Shown: positions 43,147 to 54,477, numbered from the stretch's first letter. The stretch: DNA of 64,000 nucleotides from an uncultured delta proteobacterium (GCA_963772835.1 CAVYYZ010000001.1:96001-160000), one strand, 5' to 3'. The notes: generated by a model from the sequence alone, not told the origin. Translations and numbers: made by a program.

Positions 43147-45270
43147 TCACAATTCCTCCTGGGCAACTTGTCCCGTTCCGTAAAGTCCGCTCTGCTGAAG
43201 AAGTATCACCAATTCTGCTGCGGTTGAGACAGCGGGATAGCAGATGCCCGGTACGCAGAGTGAGAGGGAGAGGGAAGTCGTTCGGTTCTCGCTCCGGACG
43301 ATCAGATTTTTGATGTAGTGATGATGCAGTGATGCATTGAGTGCAAAAGCTTCAGGGGAATCTGTTTCTCCGGCGAATGTGGCGATTACCGGTTCAGAAT
43401 TCAACAGCGAGAGAACCTGCAGAGCTCCCAGATGCCCGAGCGGGTTGTGCTGAATATCGTCGATGATCCCGTTCAGCACCGTTCGGGCAGATTCAAGCAG
43501 TTGCGGCCTGTCGTCGATCCAGCTCAACCGGTAGAGAACGTGAGCGGTGGCGGCGAGAGCCGATGGAGTCACGCCGTCGTGATCTGACGATACCCGGGCA
43601 GGCATCTGCTCGGCATCAAGACCTGTAAGGGTGAATTCACCGGAGTCAGGATCACGGAAAAGGCGCAGCAGTTCTTCTGTAAGTTTTCTTGATTCATTCA
43701 GCCACATGTGGTCGAGAGTCGCTTCGTACAGGTCCAGCATCCCCCCGGTAATACATGCGTAATCCTCAAGAAAGGCCGGGACATCTGAAGCTCCGTTAAG
43801 ATAGCTGCGCAAGAGTCTGCCATCGGCCCGTCGAAGGGAAGTGAGTATGAAAGAGGCCGCCCGGGAAGCCATGGCGATGTATTCCGGATTATTACTGACA
43901 ATCCCTGCCGCAGCGAGTGCCCCGATCATCAGCCCGTTCCAGGAGGTGATGATCTTGTCATCTCTGAGCGGCCTGATGCGGTCTTCGCGGCGTTCAAGCA
44001 GCTTTGTGCGGCATCTTTCCAGCATGTCCCCGCACTCTGCTGCATTCAGATCGTGTCTACGGCAAAAATCATCGAGCGCGTTCGGGGCGGTGAGTATGGT
44101 ATGCGATTCAAAATTTCCGCCTACCGTCACTGCATGGTAGCTGCAGAACAGCCCGGAATCCGGGCCGAGACAATCGTCAATTTCACGCTTGTCCCATACG
44201 TAGAATTTACCTTCCACCCCTTCTGAATCTGCGTCCAGAGCCGAGCAAAATGCGCCTTCAGATGACATCAGTTCCCGCACCGTAAATATAATGATTTCGT
44301 CCGCCATGATGCGGTAGAAAGGATCTCCGCCGGCACGATAGGCTTTAGTGGCTACCGTGGCCAGCATGGCCTGATCGTAGAGCATTTTCTCGAAGTGGGG
44401 CGCCAGCCAGTACTGATCAACAGAATACCGGTGGAGTCCGTACCCAAGGTGGTCCCAGATGCCGCCGGATTTCATCTTCCGCAGGGTATGGAACGCCATC
44501 TCGAGCGCTGACCGGTCGCCACACTCTCCCTGCTCAATCAGCCAGCCGAGATACATCGGCATCGGAAATTTAGGAGCGCTCCCGAATCCGCCATTTTCCG
44601 GATCGTAGATAGTTTTCAAATGCTGCATCGACTTTCCGGCAATGGCTGTTAAATCAGGTGTGCTCCCATTTCCCCGGCGTTTCCGCGAGCCCTCCAGAGC
44701 CTCCATAATCCCCTGGCAGTTCTTTTCGATCATGTCCGGTCGCTGCCGCCAGAGCGTGGCAATATTGGCAAGCAGATCCATCAGACCGCTCATTCCGGCC
44801 CGCCCCCGCTTCGGGAGGTAGGTAATCGCCATGAACGGCAGCTTCTCCGGAGTCATGAAAATATTGAGCGGCCAGCCGCCGCTTCCGGTCAGAGTCTGCG
44901 AAACGGCCATATAGAAATCGTCGATGTCGGGCCTCTCTTCCCGATCAACCTTGATACAGACGAAATGGCGGTTCAGCAGCGCTGCAACCTCACTGTCCTC
45001 GAATGATTCATGGGCCATGACATGGCACCAGTGACAGGTAGAGTAGCCGATCGAAAGCAGGATCGGCAGGTTTTCAGAGCGTGCCTTGTCGAAGGCCGCT
45101 GATCCCCATTCATACCAATCCACCGGGTTTTCAGCATGCTGCAGCAGGTAGGGGGACCGGGCGAAGATCAGACGGTTGAAGCGGTCGCCGCCGTCGTCGG
45201 GAAGTGTTAATGCATCTATATTCATAAGTCCGGCGACGTACGCAGCTGTATCCTGTGGCGTTTGTGACAT
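43147..45270 (-). CDS. YyaL/SPATA20-like thioredoxin-domain protein (DUF255)
   Basis: NRL...[55 protein letters not shown]. Confidence 0.92.
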   Translation of the reverse strand: MSQTPQDTAAYVAGLMNIDALTLPDDGGDRFNRLIFARSPYLLQHAENPVDWYEWGSAAFDKARSENLPILLSIGYSTCHWCHVMAHESFEDSEVAALLNRHFVCIKVDREERPDIDDFYMAVSQTLTGSGGWPLNIFMTPEKLPFMAITYLPKRGRAGMSGLMDLLANIATLWRQRPDMIEKNCQGIMEALEGSRKRRGNGSTPDLTAIAGKSMQHLKTIYDPENGGFGSAPKFPMPMYLGWLIEQGECGDRSALEMAFHTLRKMKSGGIWDHLGYGLHRYSVDQYWLAPHFEKMLYDQAMLATVATKAYRAGGDPFYRIMADEIIIFTVRELMSSEGAFCSALDADSEGVEGKFYVWDKREIDDCLGPDSGLFCSYHAVTVGGNFESHTILTAPNALDDFCRRHDLNAAECGDMLERCRTKLLERREDRIRPLRDDKIITSWNGLMIGALAAAGIVSNNPEYIAMASRAASFILTSLRRADGRLLRSYLNGASDVPAFLEDYACITGGMLDLYEATLDHMWLNESRKLTEELLRLFRDPDSGEFTLTGLDAEQMPARVSSDHDGVTPSALAATAHVLYRLSWIDDRPQLLESARTVLNGIIDDIQHNPLGHLGALQVLSLLNSEPVIATFAGETDSPEAFALNASLHHHYIKNLIVRSENRTTSLSLSLCVPGICYPAVSTAAELVILLQQSGLYGTGQVAQEEL

Positions 45271-45341
45271 ATCTTTCCCCTTTTGCTCTGCTCTGGGGCC
45301 GGGTTGTTGGGTGAGCCCGGCGGATTGCCGGGATCGAACAG

Positions 45342-47348
45342 CTATTCCCCCAGCATCTGAGCAAAAAAATCAGCAGCAAGATCTTTCGGCGATGCTGCAA
45401 CGCCGTTACCCGCACCCTCAGAACCATTGAGCAGATGCTCCGGAATTTCTGCCAGAAAGCGACTCGGTTTCTGACCTTCCACCGTGCCGTATTTGCGCCG
45501 GGTCATGCATCGCGAAATCGTCAGGTATTTCCTGGCCCGCGTGATGCCGACGTAACAGAGACGGCGCTCTTCGGCTACGTTTGGATCCTCTTCTATCGAG
45601 CGTTTGTGCGGCAGCAGATTTTCCTCCATCCCTACCAGCCAAACGTGGCTGAATTCAAGCCCCTTGCTGGAGTGCAGCGACATCAGAGTGACGGCGTTAG
45701 TGCCGTGCTCCCTGCCATCCTCGGACGGCTTGTCTTCATCCATAAGCGAAATACGTTCCAGAAATGCTGACAGTGTAGCCCGGGGGGTCTGCGCTTCGTA
45801 CGCCGCCAATGAGTTGACCACCTGCTCTATGTTCTCGATTCGTTTACGGGCCTGCGGTGCATCGTTCAGGGTCCGGTACAGCTCGTCCTCTATCCGCAAC
45901 CGGTTGAACAGAAGGTTGACCTGTGCTCCCATATTGTACGAAGTGAAACCGGCCATGACCTCTTTCATCATGGCATGAAACCCCAGCACCGTTTTTTTGC
46001 ATGACGGTGAGATCTCTTCAATTTCACCCGCCCGCCCCAGCGTTTCGAAGAGCGGCACATCTCGATTCATCGACCACTGGTTCAATTTTATCAGCGTCGT
46101 GTCACCGATGCCTCGTCGGGGAAAGTTGATGATTCGAAGCAATGATGCTTCGTCACTGGGATTATCGATCACTTTGAGGTAGGCGATGGCATCCTTGACC
46201 TCTTTGCGCTCGTAGAACTGCTGCCCGCCGATCACTACATAGGGGATGCGCTCCAGACGGAGCTTTTCTTCAAAGGCGCGGCTCTGGGCGTTTGATCGAT
46301 ACAGGATTGCCAGATCCGACCAGCGCAGTTTTTCGCGATACTGCTCCAGCATGATCTGCTCTACAACCTTCGCCGCTTCGTCTTCTTCACTGTCGGCAAC
46401 AATCAGATCAATTTCACGCCCTTTGCCTCCGGATGTCCAGAGCGCCTTGTCCGTCCTTACCGTATTGTTTTTGATGACGCTGTTGGCGGCATCCAGGATG
46501 GCTCCGGTGGAACGGTAGTTCTGTTCCAGCTTGATGGTCACGCAGCCGGGATGATCCTGGGCAAAGTTAAGGATATTTTCCACCTCGGCACCACGCCAGC
46601 CGTAAATAGACTGGTCATCATCACCGACAACGCAGATATTGCCATGTTTTCTGGCCAGCAGAGAAATCAGTAGGTATTGCGACGCGTTGGTATCCTGATA
46701 TTCGTCCACCATGATGTAGCGGAAGCGTTCCTGCCAGTGGCTGAGGATTGCCGGCGTGCTCTGGATCAGCCGCACTGAAAGCATGATGATATCATCGAAA
46801 TCGATGGCGTTAAAACCCTTCAGAAGTTCCTGATACCGGGGGTATACCGCTGCGACCGCTATCTCCAGCGGATCATTGCGGTCCGGGGTAAACTCCTTCG
46901 GCCCGATCAGGCGGTTTTTCAGGGCGGATATTTTCCAGAGAATCCGGTCGGGATCAATTTTTTTCGGATCGATATCGCGTTCGCGAACTGCCTGGCGAAT
47001 AACACCGGCCTGGTCGGAGGTGGAATAGATCGAAAAATTCGGTTTAAAACCGAGCGTGCGAATATCACGTCGCAGGATGCGGACACCAAGTGAATGAAAT
47101 GTAGAAATAACGATGCCCTTGGCAAGCGGTCCCGCCATGCCGAGCACCCGCTCATTCATCTCCCGGGCGGCCTTGTTGGTAAAGGTTACCGCCAGGATGT
47201 TTTCAGCCGGTACGCGCAGATCTTTCAAAAAATGCACAATACGGGTGGTAATGACCTGAGTCTTGCCGGAACCTGCTCCGGCAAGGATCAACAGGGGGCC
47301 GTTGACGGTGTTGACGGCGCATTGTTGGGGGGGGTTGAGTTTTTTCAT
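45342..47348 (-). CDS. SF1 DNA helicase, UvrD/Rep/PcrA family
   Basis: [66 protein letters not shown]. Confidence 0.95.
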   Translation of the reverse strand: MKKLNPPQQCAVNTVNGPLLILAGAGSGKTQVITTRIVHFLKDLRVPAENILAVTFTNKAAREMNERVLGMAGPLAKGIVISTFHSLGVRILRRDIRTLGFKPNFSIYSTSDQAGVIRQAVRERDIDPKKIDPDRILWKISALKNRLIGPKEFTPDRNDPLEIAVAAVYPRYQELLKGFNAIDFDDIIMLSVRLIQSTPAILSHWQERFRYIMVDEYQDTNASQYLLISLLARKHGNICVVGDDDQSIYGWRGAEVENILNFAQDHPGCVTIKLEQNYRSTGAILDAANSVIKNNTVRTDKALWTSGGKGREIDLIVADSEEDEAAKVVEQIMLEQYREKLRWSDLAILYRSNAQSRAFEEKLRLERIPYVVIGGQQFYERKEVKDAIAYLKVIDNPSDEASLLRIINFPRRGIGDTTLIKLNQWSMNRDVPLFETLGRAGEIEEISPSCKKTVLGFHAMMKEVMAGFTSYNMGAQVNLLFNRLRIEDELYRTLNDAPQARKRIENIEQVVNSLAAYEAQTPRATLSAFLERISLMDEDKPSEDGREHGTNAVTLMSLHSSKGLEFSHVWLVGMEENLLPHKRSIEEDPNVAEERRLCYVGITRARKYLTISRCMTRRKYGTVEGQKPSRFLAEIPEHLLNGSEGAGNGVAASPKDLAADFFAQMLGE

Positions 47349-47513
47349 ATGGTACGGTGTATCATATATCCTTGCGAGGTTGCAAATTGCTGTCAGTATG
47401 ATAATTGATAGGTGTTCTTTTCTCATAGTCCGGGAGGCGGTATCTTTCATTTTTCTATCTGTTGGTACGCACGTATAAAACGATATGACGGAGGCCCTAT
47501 GAGGGATATTCAC

Positions 47514-48245
47514 ATGAAGAACATATTGTTGTTACCTGTACTGGCTGTCTTCTGGATGTCTCCGGCTGTTGTTTTTGCTTCTCATCCCCTGGTAACCGAG
47601 GACACCGTGACAGTTGCGCCTTCAAAGTTCGAAGCGGAATCATCGGTTGAGTTTGCCACCGGTACTGTTGACAGGTTTACCATTCAGGAAACCGTCAAAG
47701 GCGGCATATCTCCGGACCTTGATGCGTTTTTTTCTGTACCGTTTTCCAGCATGAGCGTTCAGGGCAGGAGCGATAGTGGTTTCAGCGATGTTACTTTTGG
47801 AATAAAATGGAAATTCATGAACGTTGACAACGTGTCATTCGCAGTCAAGCCGTTTCTTGTGCTTCCAGTCGGTAACGGAAAAAACCTCCTCGAGTCTACC
47901 GACGTCGGATTCGGTGCCGTCGGGGTGGCCTCGTTGGCAGTTGATAAAAAACTGACGGTTGATGCCAATCTGGTGCTCAAACATCAGCCTGTTGACGGAG
48001 ACTGGTATAATGAATTCGGTGTTTCAGTCGCAGGTAGATTCAATGCAACCAAAGAATGTAAGGCGGTCGGTGAAATTGTACTGTTGACAAGAGATGGTTC
48101 TGGATCGAAAACTTTGGCTTTTATGGGTATCGGTGCGGTATATGAAATTCAGAAGAATCTTGATGTTGATATCGGTCTGCGTGCGGGACTTACCAATGAA
48201 GCTGAAGACGTTACTTTCCTCGCCGGTGTGACCTGCAAATTCTGA
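47514..48245 (+). CDS. Outer-membrane beta-barrel protein (MetA-pathway/'transporter'-like)
   Basis: Signal peptide ending VFA, amphipathic strands, GFSDVTFGIKW, C-terminal AGVTCKF (terminal Phe). Confidence 0.7.
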   Translation: MKNILLLPVLAVFWMSPAVVFASHPLVTEDTVTVAPSKFEAESSVEFATGTVDRFTIQETVKGGISPDLDAFFSVPFSSMSVQGRSDSGFSDVTFGIKWKFMNVDNVSFAVKPFLVLPVGNGKNLLESTDVGFGAVGVASLAVDKKLTVDANLVLKHQPVDGDWYNEFGVSVAGRFNATKECKAVGEIVLLTRDGSGSKTLAFMGIGAVYEIQKNLDVDIGLRAGLTNEAEDVTFLAGVTCKF

Positions 48246-48391
48246 ATTTGTAGAATCAGCAGGCCTGGTGTATGTAAGTAACGTCACCCCTTCAATTCGC
48301 CGTATCAATCCTCTTGTGCAGGTTCGTCATTCTATAAGCATACTCAGTATGACGGAAGAACTGTTCCGGTCAGTCTGAAAACGGAGAGCAT

Positions 48392-50650
48392 GTGAAAGTC
48401 ACCCAGGTCAAAGCAGTTCCATCCCCTAAAAAAACAAAACGTGATTCGGGCAGTGCGGCTTCAGCAGGTACGGTCAAGGGCAAAAAAACTAAAAAACCCG
48501 GTAAATCAGACCGTCCAGAGCCACTGGCTGAAAAACTGTTGCATGTCCCGCTTTTTGACCTGCATGACAGTCAGTGGTTTTTAAACCGCGAGCTCACCTG
48601 GCTGTCGTTCAACCGCCGTGTGCTGCACGAAGCTGAGGATGACCGTACGCCGCTGCTGGAGCGACTCAAGTTTATAGCAATTGTCAGCGGCAATCTGGAC
48701 GAGTTTTTCATGAAGCGTATCGGCGGCCTGAAACAGCAGATCGGAGCCGGCATGCGGGAGCTGACGCTGGATGGACGGACAGCCCGCCAGCAGGTGACTG
48801 AATGTTATGCCGAAATCCGTGATCTTGAGACACGTAAGGAACGTTTTTTTGTCGAAATCTGCTCTCTGCTGGAAGAAAAAAACATCCTGATCGAGCGCTA
48901 TGATGAGTTGACTCCAAAAGAAAAGAAACTGCTGAGAGAGTTTTACTACAGGAATATCTTTCCGCTTCTGACACCCCAATCAATCGACCCTGCCCATCCG
49001 TTTCCGTTTATATCGAATCTGTCGCTCAATCTGTTGGTGTCGTTACGCTACCAGAAGGGCAAACAGAGTTCGCTGGTTCGGATCAAAGTGCCGGTAAATG
49101 CCGGTACCCCGCGCTTCATAAGGATCGGTAAGGGGGAACATTTCATCCGGTTGGAAGAGGTCATGATGAACAACCTGGATATGCTTTTCCCCGGTATGGA
49201 GGTCGTATCGTGTGAGCTTTTCAGGGTGACAAGGAATGCTAATACCGAAAAGGAGGAAGAAGAGGCCGACGATCTGATGGAAATGATCGAATCGGAACTG
49301 AAGGAGCGCAAGTTTGCCCCGATCGTGCGGCTTGAGATCGGCAGCGGTATGGATCCGGTACATCGCGGCCGTCTGGCAGCCGAACTGGAACTGGATGAGG
49401 CGACGGATGTATTTGAAGTCCCCGGACTGCTTGCGATGCGTGATCTGTTAGAATTGACCCGCCTCGATTTTCCCCGGCTGCATGACACTCCGCATCACCC
49501 GATAGACCATCCGCAGCTGCAAACACAGCGCAACATGTTCCATATCATTCGTGAAGCCGGAGCGATTCTATTGCAGCACCCGTATGAATCTTTTTCAACG
49601 TCTGTCGAGCGGTTTTTGCGTGAGGCAGCGACCGATCCAAAGGTCCGCGGGATAAAGATGACGCTGTACCGCACCTCACGCCAGAGCCGAATCATAGACG
49701 CCCTTATTCTGGCCGCGCACAACGGCAAGCAGGTTGCAGTTGTTGTCGAGCTGAAGGCCCGATTTGACGAGGCAACCAACATCAGCCTCGCAGAGAGAAT
49801 GGAAGAGGCCGGAGTGCATGTCACGTATGGAGTTGTCGGCTTAAAGACCCACTGCAAGATCATCATGGTCGTGCGCCAGGATTACAACGGTCTGCGCCGC
49901 TACCTGCACATCGGCACCGGCAATTATCACGCTGAAACCGCACGACTGTACAGTGATGTCGGCCTGTTGACCTGCGATCAGATCATTGCCGAAGATGTCA
50001 CCGAACTGTTCAATTTTCTTACGACCGGTTTTATGCTCAGGCGTAAATATTCAAAACTGTCCCTGGCTCCCCGGATGCTGAAAAAAGCGCTGCTCGATAA
50101 AATTGAACGTGAGATCAATCTGCACCGGACATCCGGCGGAGGGTTGATTCAATTTAAAATAAATGCTCTGGAGGATGGAGATGTTGTGCGGGCTCTGTAT
50201 CGGTCTTCGATGGCCGGAGTTAAGGTCGATCTGATTGTTCGCGATACCTGTCGATTGCGTCCGGGAATACCGGGGCTTTCTGAAACCGTCAGGGTTGTCA
50301 GTATCGTTGGCAGGTTTCTGGAACATGCCCGTATCTACTATTTCCGGAATGGCGGTGCTGAAGAGTATTTCATTTCTTCTGCCGACGCGATGAAGCGTAA
50401 TCTGGAGGCCCGGGTAGAGATCCTCTGCCCGGTGGAACCTCCTGAACTGACAAGGGAGCTGCGGATGGTTTTCGATACGCACCTCGCGGATCAGCGCTCT
50501 GCCTGGGATATGCAGCAGGATGGCACCTACATTCAGCGCATATCTGCTGATGGACAGGGCGAAGGGAGTCACCGGGTATTAATTGCGAGGGCTGAAAAAC
50601 GGGTCAAAGAACATCTGATCAAGAAAAAAACAAAAAAAACGAGAAAATAG
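48392..50650 (+). CDS. ppk1: Polyphosphate kinase 1
   Basis: NRELTWLSFN.RVL, NLDEFFMKR, HPFPFISNLS, HPYESF, ELKARFDE, KTHCK, GTGNY, GRFLEHAR. Confidence 0.97.
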   Translation: MKVTQVKAVPSPKKTKRDSGSAASAGTVKGKKTKKPGKSDRPEPLAEKLLHVPLFDLHDSQWFLNRELTWLSFNRRVLHEAEDDRTPLLERLKFIAIVSGNLDEFFMKRIGGLKQQIGAGMRELTLDGRTARQQVTECYAEIRDLETRKERFFVEICSLLEEKNILIERYDELTPKEKKLLREFYYRNIFPLLTPQSIDPAHPFPFISNLSLNLLVSLRYQKGKQSSLVRIKVPVNAGTPRFIRIGKGEHFIRLEEVMMNNLDMLFPGMEVVSCELFRVTRNANTEKEEEEADDLMEMIESELKERKFAPIVRLEIGSGMDPVHRGRLAAELELDEATDVFEVPGLLAMRDLLELTRLDFPRLHDTPHHPIDHPQLQTQRNMFHIIREAGAILLQHPYESFSTSVERFLREAATDPKVRGIKMTLYRTSRQSRIIDALILAAHNGKQVAVVVELKARFDEATNISLAERMEEAGVHVTYGVVGLKTHCKIIMVVRQDYNGLRRYLHIGTGNYHAETARLYSDVGLLTCDQIIAEDVTELFNFLTTGFMLRRKYSKLSLAPRMLKKALLDKIEREINLHRTSGGGLIQFKINALEDGDVVRALYRSSMAGVKVDLIVRDTCRLRPGIPGLSETVRVVSIVGRFLEHARIYYFRNGGAEEYFISSADAMKRNLEARVEILCPVEPPELTRELRMVFDTHLADQRSAWDMQQDGTYIQRISADGQGEGSHRVLIARAEKRVKEHLIKKKTKKTRK

Positions 50651-50833
50651 GCCGTTCAACTCAGGTAATTTCCGGGATCATATATAAAAAAATATTTTGT
50701 GACGTCATGCATGTGTATACGCAAGAAATCTGTTGCAATAAAACCGGTTTATATTTTATACATACCACACTGTAAAGAATAAAATTTTATCACATACGTT
50801 ACATCAGCAGAATCTTCTGAAAGGGGGTTAGGT

Positions 50834-51973
50834 ATGAGTAATAACAAGAGCAGTAAGATAACGGAGAATTCAGAACAGAGTTTAGATACGCGGGAATACT
50901 CTGTCGGTGAGATTCTCAAACAGCGCGGGGTATCACGTCGTGATTTCCTCAAGTTCTGTACTGCAATGACGGCTGCAATGTCGCTGCCGGCGTCGTTCGC
51001 GCCATCAGTCGCTCAGGCGCTGGATGAAGTCAAACGGCCGACGCTGGTCTGGCTGAACTTCCAGGATTGCACAGGTGATACGGAGGCACTACTGCGTTCC
51101 GCTAATCCGACCGTCGGCGAGATTATTCTCGATATTCTTTCGGTAGATTATCACGAAACAATTATGGCTGCAGCCGGACACCAGGCTGATGAAGCGCTTG
51201 AAGCTACTATTACCAAGTACAAAGGCAAGTATCTCTGTGTCGTGGAAGGTTCCATCTCCATGAAGGATGGCGGAATTTACGGCTGCACCAGCGGCAGGAC
51301 GCATCTTGAAATTGCCCGACGGGTCTGCGGCAGCGCCCTGGCAACTATCGCTATCGGAACCTGTGCTTCGTATGGTGGAATTGCCGCGGCAGTTCCTAAT
51401 CCGACCGGTGCTGTCGGTGTCAAGGAGGCCGTCCCGGGCGCTACCGTTATCAATCTGCCCGGTTGCCCGTGTAACGCCGATAACCTTACCGCCACGATTG
51501 TTCATTATCTGGTGTTCGGAAAAATTCCGGCTCTCGACGGTCACGGCCGCCCTCTGTTTGCCTACGGCAAGCGTATCCATGACAACTGCGAGCGCCGGCC
51601 GCATTTCGATGCCGGGCAGTATGTCGAAATATGGGGTGATGAAGGGCATCGGAAAGGTTTCTGTCTCTACAAGATGGGGTGCAAGGGACCGGCAACATTC
51701 CATAATTGTCCCACCCAGCGCTACAATGAAAAGACCAGTTGGCCGGTAGCCGCAGGTCACCCCTGTGCCGGATGTTCCGAGCCGCAGTTCTGGGATGCAA
51801 TGGGACCCATGTACAAACGCCTGCCCAATGTGCCGGGTTTTGGTATCGAGCATACTGCCGACAAGATCGGACTCGGCATGGCAGTCGGAGTAGGTGCGGC
51901 TTTTGCGGTCCATGGCGTTGTCAGTGCCTTGCGCAAAGATAAAGACCCTGCTGAAAAAACCAAGGAGGATTAA
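50834..51973 (+). CDS. Group 1 [NiFe]-hydrogenase small subunit (Tat signal, C-terminal anchor)
   Basis: SRRDFLKFC, QDCTGDTE, GTCASYGG, PGCP, IHDNCERR, CLYKMGCKGP, HPCAGCSE, TM tail. Confidence 0.95.
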   Translation: MSNNKSSKITENSEQSLDTREYSVGEILKQRGVSRRDFLKFCTAMTAAMSLPASFAPSVAQALDEVKRPTLVWLNFQDCTGDTEALLRSANPTVGEIILDILSVDYHETIMAAAGHQADEALEATITKYKGKYLCVVEGSISMKDGGIYGCTSGRTHLEIARRVCGSALATIAIGTCASYGGIAAAVPNPTGAVGVKEAVPGATVINLPGCPCNADNLTATIVHYLVFGKIPALDGHGRPLFAYGKRIHDNCERRPHFDAGQYVEIWGDEGHRKGFCLYKMGCKGPATFHNCPTQRYNEKTSWPVAAGHPCAGCSEPQFWDAMGPMYKRLPNVPGFGIEHTADKIGLGMAVGVGAAFAVHGVVSALRKDKDPAEKTKED

Positions 51974-51976
51974 GAT

Positions 51977-53674
51977 ATGGCCAAGATAGTTGTCGACCCG
52001 ATTACCAGGATTGAAGGGCATCTGCGCATCGAGGCCGAGGTGAATGGAGGCAAGATCATTGATGCCTGGAGTTCCGCCACCATGTTCCGCGGCATCGAGA
52101 AAATTCTCAAAGGGCGTGATCCCCGTGATGCCTGGTACTGGACTCAGCGCTTTTGCGGCGTCTGTACGACAGTCCATTCCATCGCATCCATCCGGGCCGT
52201 TGAGAACGCTCTCAAGATAAAGATTCCGCCCAACGCCGAACTTATCCGCAATATCATCATCGGTACTCAGAACGTTCAGGACCACGTCATTCACTTCTAT
52301 CATCTCCACGCCCTTGACTGGGTGGATATCACTTCCGGCCTTAAAGCCGACCCTGTCAAGACAGCATCCCTGGCAGCATCGATCTCTGAATGGCCGAATA
52401 ACTCAGCCACCTATTTCAAGGCGGTACAGGACAAGGTCAAGGCCTTTGTTGCCTCCGGACGTCTGGGCCCTTTTGCCAATGCCTACTGGGGGCATCCTGC
52501 CTACAAGCTCCCTCCTGAAGCCAATCTCATGGCTACTGCCCATTATCTGGAGGCTCTGGAGTGGCAGAAGGATGTCATCAAGATTCACGCCATTCTCGGG
52601 AGCAAAAATCCGCATCCGCAGACTTTTCTGGTCGGCGGCATGTCGATCCCGATCGATCCGGATTCCCAGAATGCTCTCAACGCCGAAAAACTGATCGAAA
52701 TCAAGCGGCTGTTGAAAAAGGCCCAGGATTTCGTTGAAAAGGTGTATATACCCGACCTGCTGGCTGTCGCTTCATTCTACAAGGATTGGGCCGCCATTGG
52801 CGGCGGTGTCGGCAATTATATGTGCTACGGCGAGTTCCCTGATGCCAACGGCAACATGTGGTTTCCGTCAGGCGCAATCCTGAACAAGGATCTTTCCAAG
52901 GTTCTTAAGGTTGATCAGGGTAAAATTGCCGAATATGTCGACCATTCATGGTTTGAAAATTCTGCCGGAGCGGGAAAAGGGCTGCACCCGTTTGACGGAG
53001 AGACGGAAGTCCGATATACCGGCCCGACGCCGCCGTATAAAAATCTTGACACCAATGCTAAGTATTCATTTGTAAAGTCTCCGCGCTACGATGAAAAGGC
53101 GATGGAAGTCGGCCCGTTAGCCCGTGTGCTGGTTGCCTACGCATCCGGACACAAGGAAACCAAGGCGGTCGTTGATCTGGTGCTGAGCAAGCTGGGCGTC
53201 GGGGCCGGAGCGCTCTTCTCGACTCTGGGACGAACCGCCGCGCGCGGCATCGACTGCCTGCTGAACGTCCAGCAGACTCCCAAATTTCTGGATGAACTGA
53301 TCAACAATATCTCCAAGGGTGATTACCGTATCCATGCCAATGAGAAGTGGGATCCCTCAACGTGGCCGGCTGAAGCCAGCGGTTATGGTATGCATGAGGC
53401 TCCGCGCGGAGGACTCGGTCACTGGATCAAGATCAAGGATCAGAAAATTCTCAACTATCAGGCGGTCGTGCCTTCAACCTGGAATGCATCACCCCGCGAT
53501 GCAAAAGGGCAGCGCGGGCCATATGAGGCCGCTCTGGTAGGGACTCCGATTGCCGATCCCAACAAACCTCTGGAGATCCTGCGTACCATCCACTCCTTTG
53601 ACCCGTGTCTTGCCTGCGCCGTCCATGTTCTGGATGCCAACGGCAACGAAATGGTCAAGGTCAAGGTATCCTAG
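51977..53674 (+). CDS. Group 1 [NiFe]-hydrogenase large subunit
   Basis: DPITRIEGHL, QRFCGVC (L1), HFYHLHALDW, EAPRG.LGHW, SFDPCLACAVH (L2) plus a 15-aa cleavable tail. Confidence 0.97.
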   Translation: MAKIVVDPITRIEGHLRIEAEVNGGKIIDAWSSATMFRGIEKILKGRDPRDAWYWTQRFCGVCTTVHSIASIRAVENALKIKIPPNAELIRNIIIGTQNVQDHVIHFYHLHALDWVDITSGLKADPVKTASLAASISEWPNNSATYFKAVQDKVKAFVASGRLGPFANAYWGHPAYKLPPEANLMATAHYLEALEWQKDVIKIHAILGSKNPHPQTFLVGGMSIPIDPDSQNALNAEKLIEIKRLLKKAQDFVEKVYIPDLLAVASFYKDWAAIGGGVGNYMCYGEFPDANGNMWFPSGAILNKDLSKVLKVDQGKIAEYVDHSWFENSAGAGKGLHPFDGETEVRYTGPTPPYKNLDTNAKYSFVKSPRYDEKAMEVGPLARVLVAYASGHKETKAVVDLVLSKLGVGAGALFSTLGRTAARGIDCLLNVQQTPKFLDELINNISKGDYRIHANEKWDPSTWPAEASGYGMHEAPRGGLGHWIKIKDQKILNYQAVVPSTWNASPRDAKGQRGPYEAALVGTPIADPNKPLEILRTIHSFDPCLACAVHVLDANGNEMVKVKVS

Positions 53675-53688
53675 AAAGGGGGGCGACC

Positions 53689-54411
53689 ATGAGCGAACCT
53701 TTAGTATTTAAACGATATTACGTATGGCAGCTGCCGGTACGCATCTGCCACTGGGTTACCGCATTATCCATACTACTTCTGTCAGTTACCGGCATTCTGA
53801 TCGGCTATCCGCTTATTGCCGGGAGCTCGCCTCAATCCTTTGTTATGGGCTGGGTCCGCTTCATTCACTTTGTGGCCGGGTATGCCCTTTTGATCAGCGT
53901 CATCTCCCGCCTGCTCTGGTCCCTCAATGACCATTGCTTCTCGGGGTGGCGGGAATATTTCCCCTTCCTTACCAAGGAGGGAAGGAAGGAAATTCTGGTG
54001 ATGCTGAAATTCTATTTTTTCATCGATCGCAAGACGCCGGACTCTGTCGGGCATAACCCGCTTGCGGTAACGGCGTACGTCGGGCTTTTCCTGATCTTCT
54101 TCGGGATGTTTGTGAGCGGATTTGCGCTGTATGCCGAATATGCTCCGGGTGGTGCCATGTATGCGGCGTTGAAACCGGTGTATCTGCTTATACCCACCCA
54201 GACAATGCACCTGTATCACCATATAGGAATGTGGCTGATCATCTGCTTTGTCATCAACCATATCTATAGCGTATGGCTTTTGGACATAAAGGAAAAAGGG
54301 GGGGAGATAACCAGTATTTTCAGCGGTTATAAATATACCACCAAGGTACATGTGTTCTCAGAAGGTAAAGAGTGTGACGAAAACGGTTGTTTTATCAAGG
54401 TCAAGAAATAG
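53689..54411 (+). CDS. [NiFe]-hydrogenase cytochrome b subunit
   Basis: VWQLPVRICHW, RFIHFVAGY, GHNPL, HH..MW....HIY, SIFSGYK. Confidence 0.93.
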   Translation: MSEPLVFKRYYVWQLPVRICHWVTALSILLLSVTGILIGYPLIAGSSPQSFVMGWVRFIHFVAGYALLISVISRLLWSLNDHCFSGWREYFPFLTKEGRKEILVMLKFYFFIDRKTPDSVGHNPLAVTAYVGLFLIFFGMFVSGFALYAEYAPGGAMYAALKPVYLLIPTQTMHLYHHIGMWLIICFVINHIYSVWLLDIKEKGGEITSIFSGYKYTTKVHVFSEGKECDENGCFIKVKK

Positions 54412-54443
54412 CCTGATTGAGTTGATACGATACGATTCTAACG

Positions 54444-54471
54444 ACGGGGTGGGCGACCACCCCGTTTTTTT
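54444..54471 (+). terminator. Intrinsic terminator closing the hydrogenase operon
   Basis: acggggtgg-gcga-ccaccccgt followed by a T-run. Confidence 0.88.
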
Positions 54472-54477
54472 ATTGTG

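Noticed and set aside
47396..47428. NikR-like GTATGA...TCATAG upstream of the barrel gene
   Set aside because: The spacer is about 21 bp rather than the 16 bp of the E. coli NikR site.
50690..50800. Rex/CRP/NikR-like sites upstream of the hydrogenase (TTGTGA half site, ATAAAATTTTAT palindrome at 50779-50790)
   Set aside because: Only half sites or AT-only palindromes in an AT-rich spacer, so no factor can be assigned.
51089..52309. 406-aa minus-strand ORF
   Set aside because: It is the antisense shadow of the hydrogenase subunits and has no motifs.
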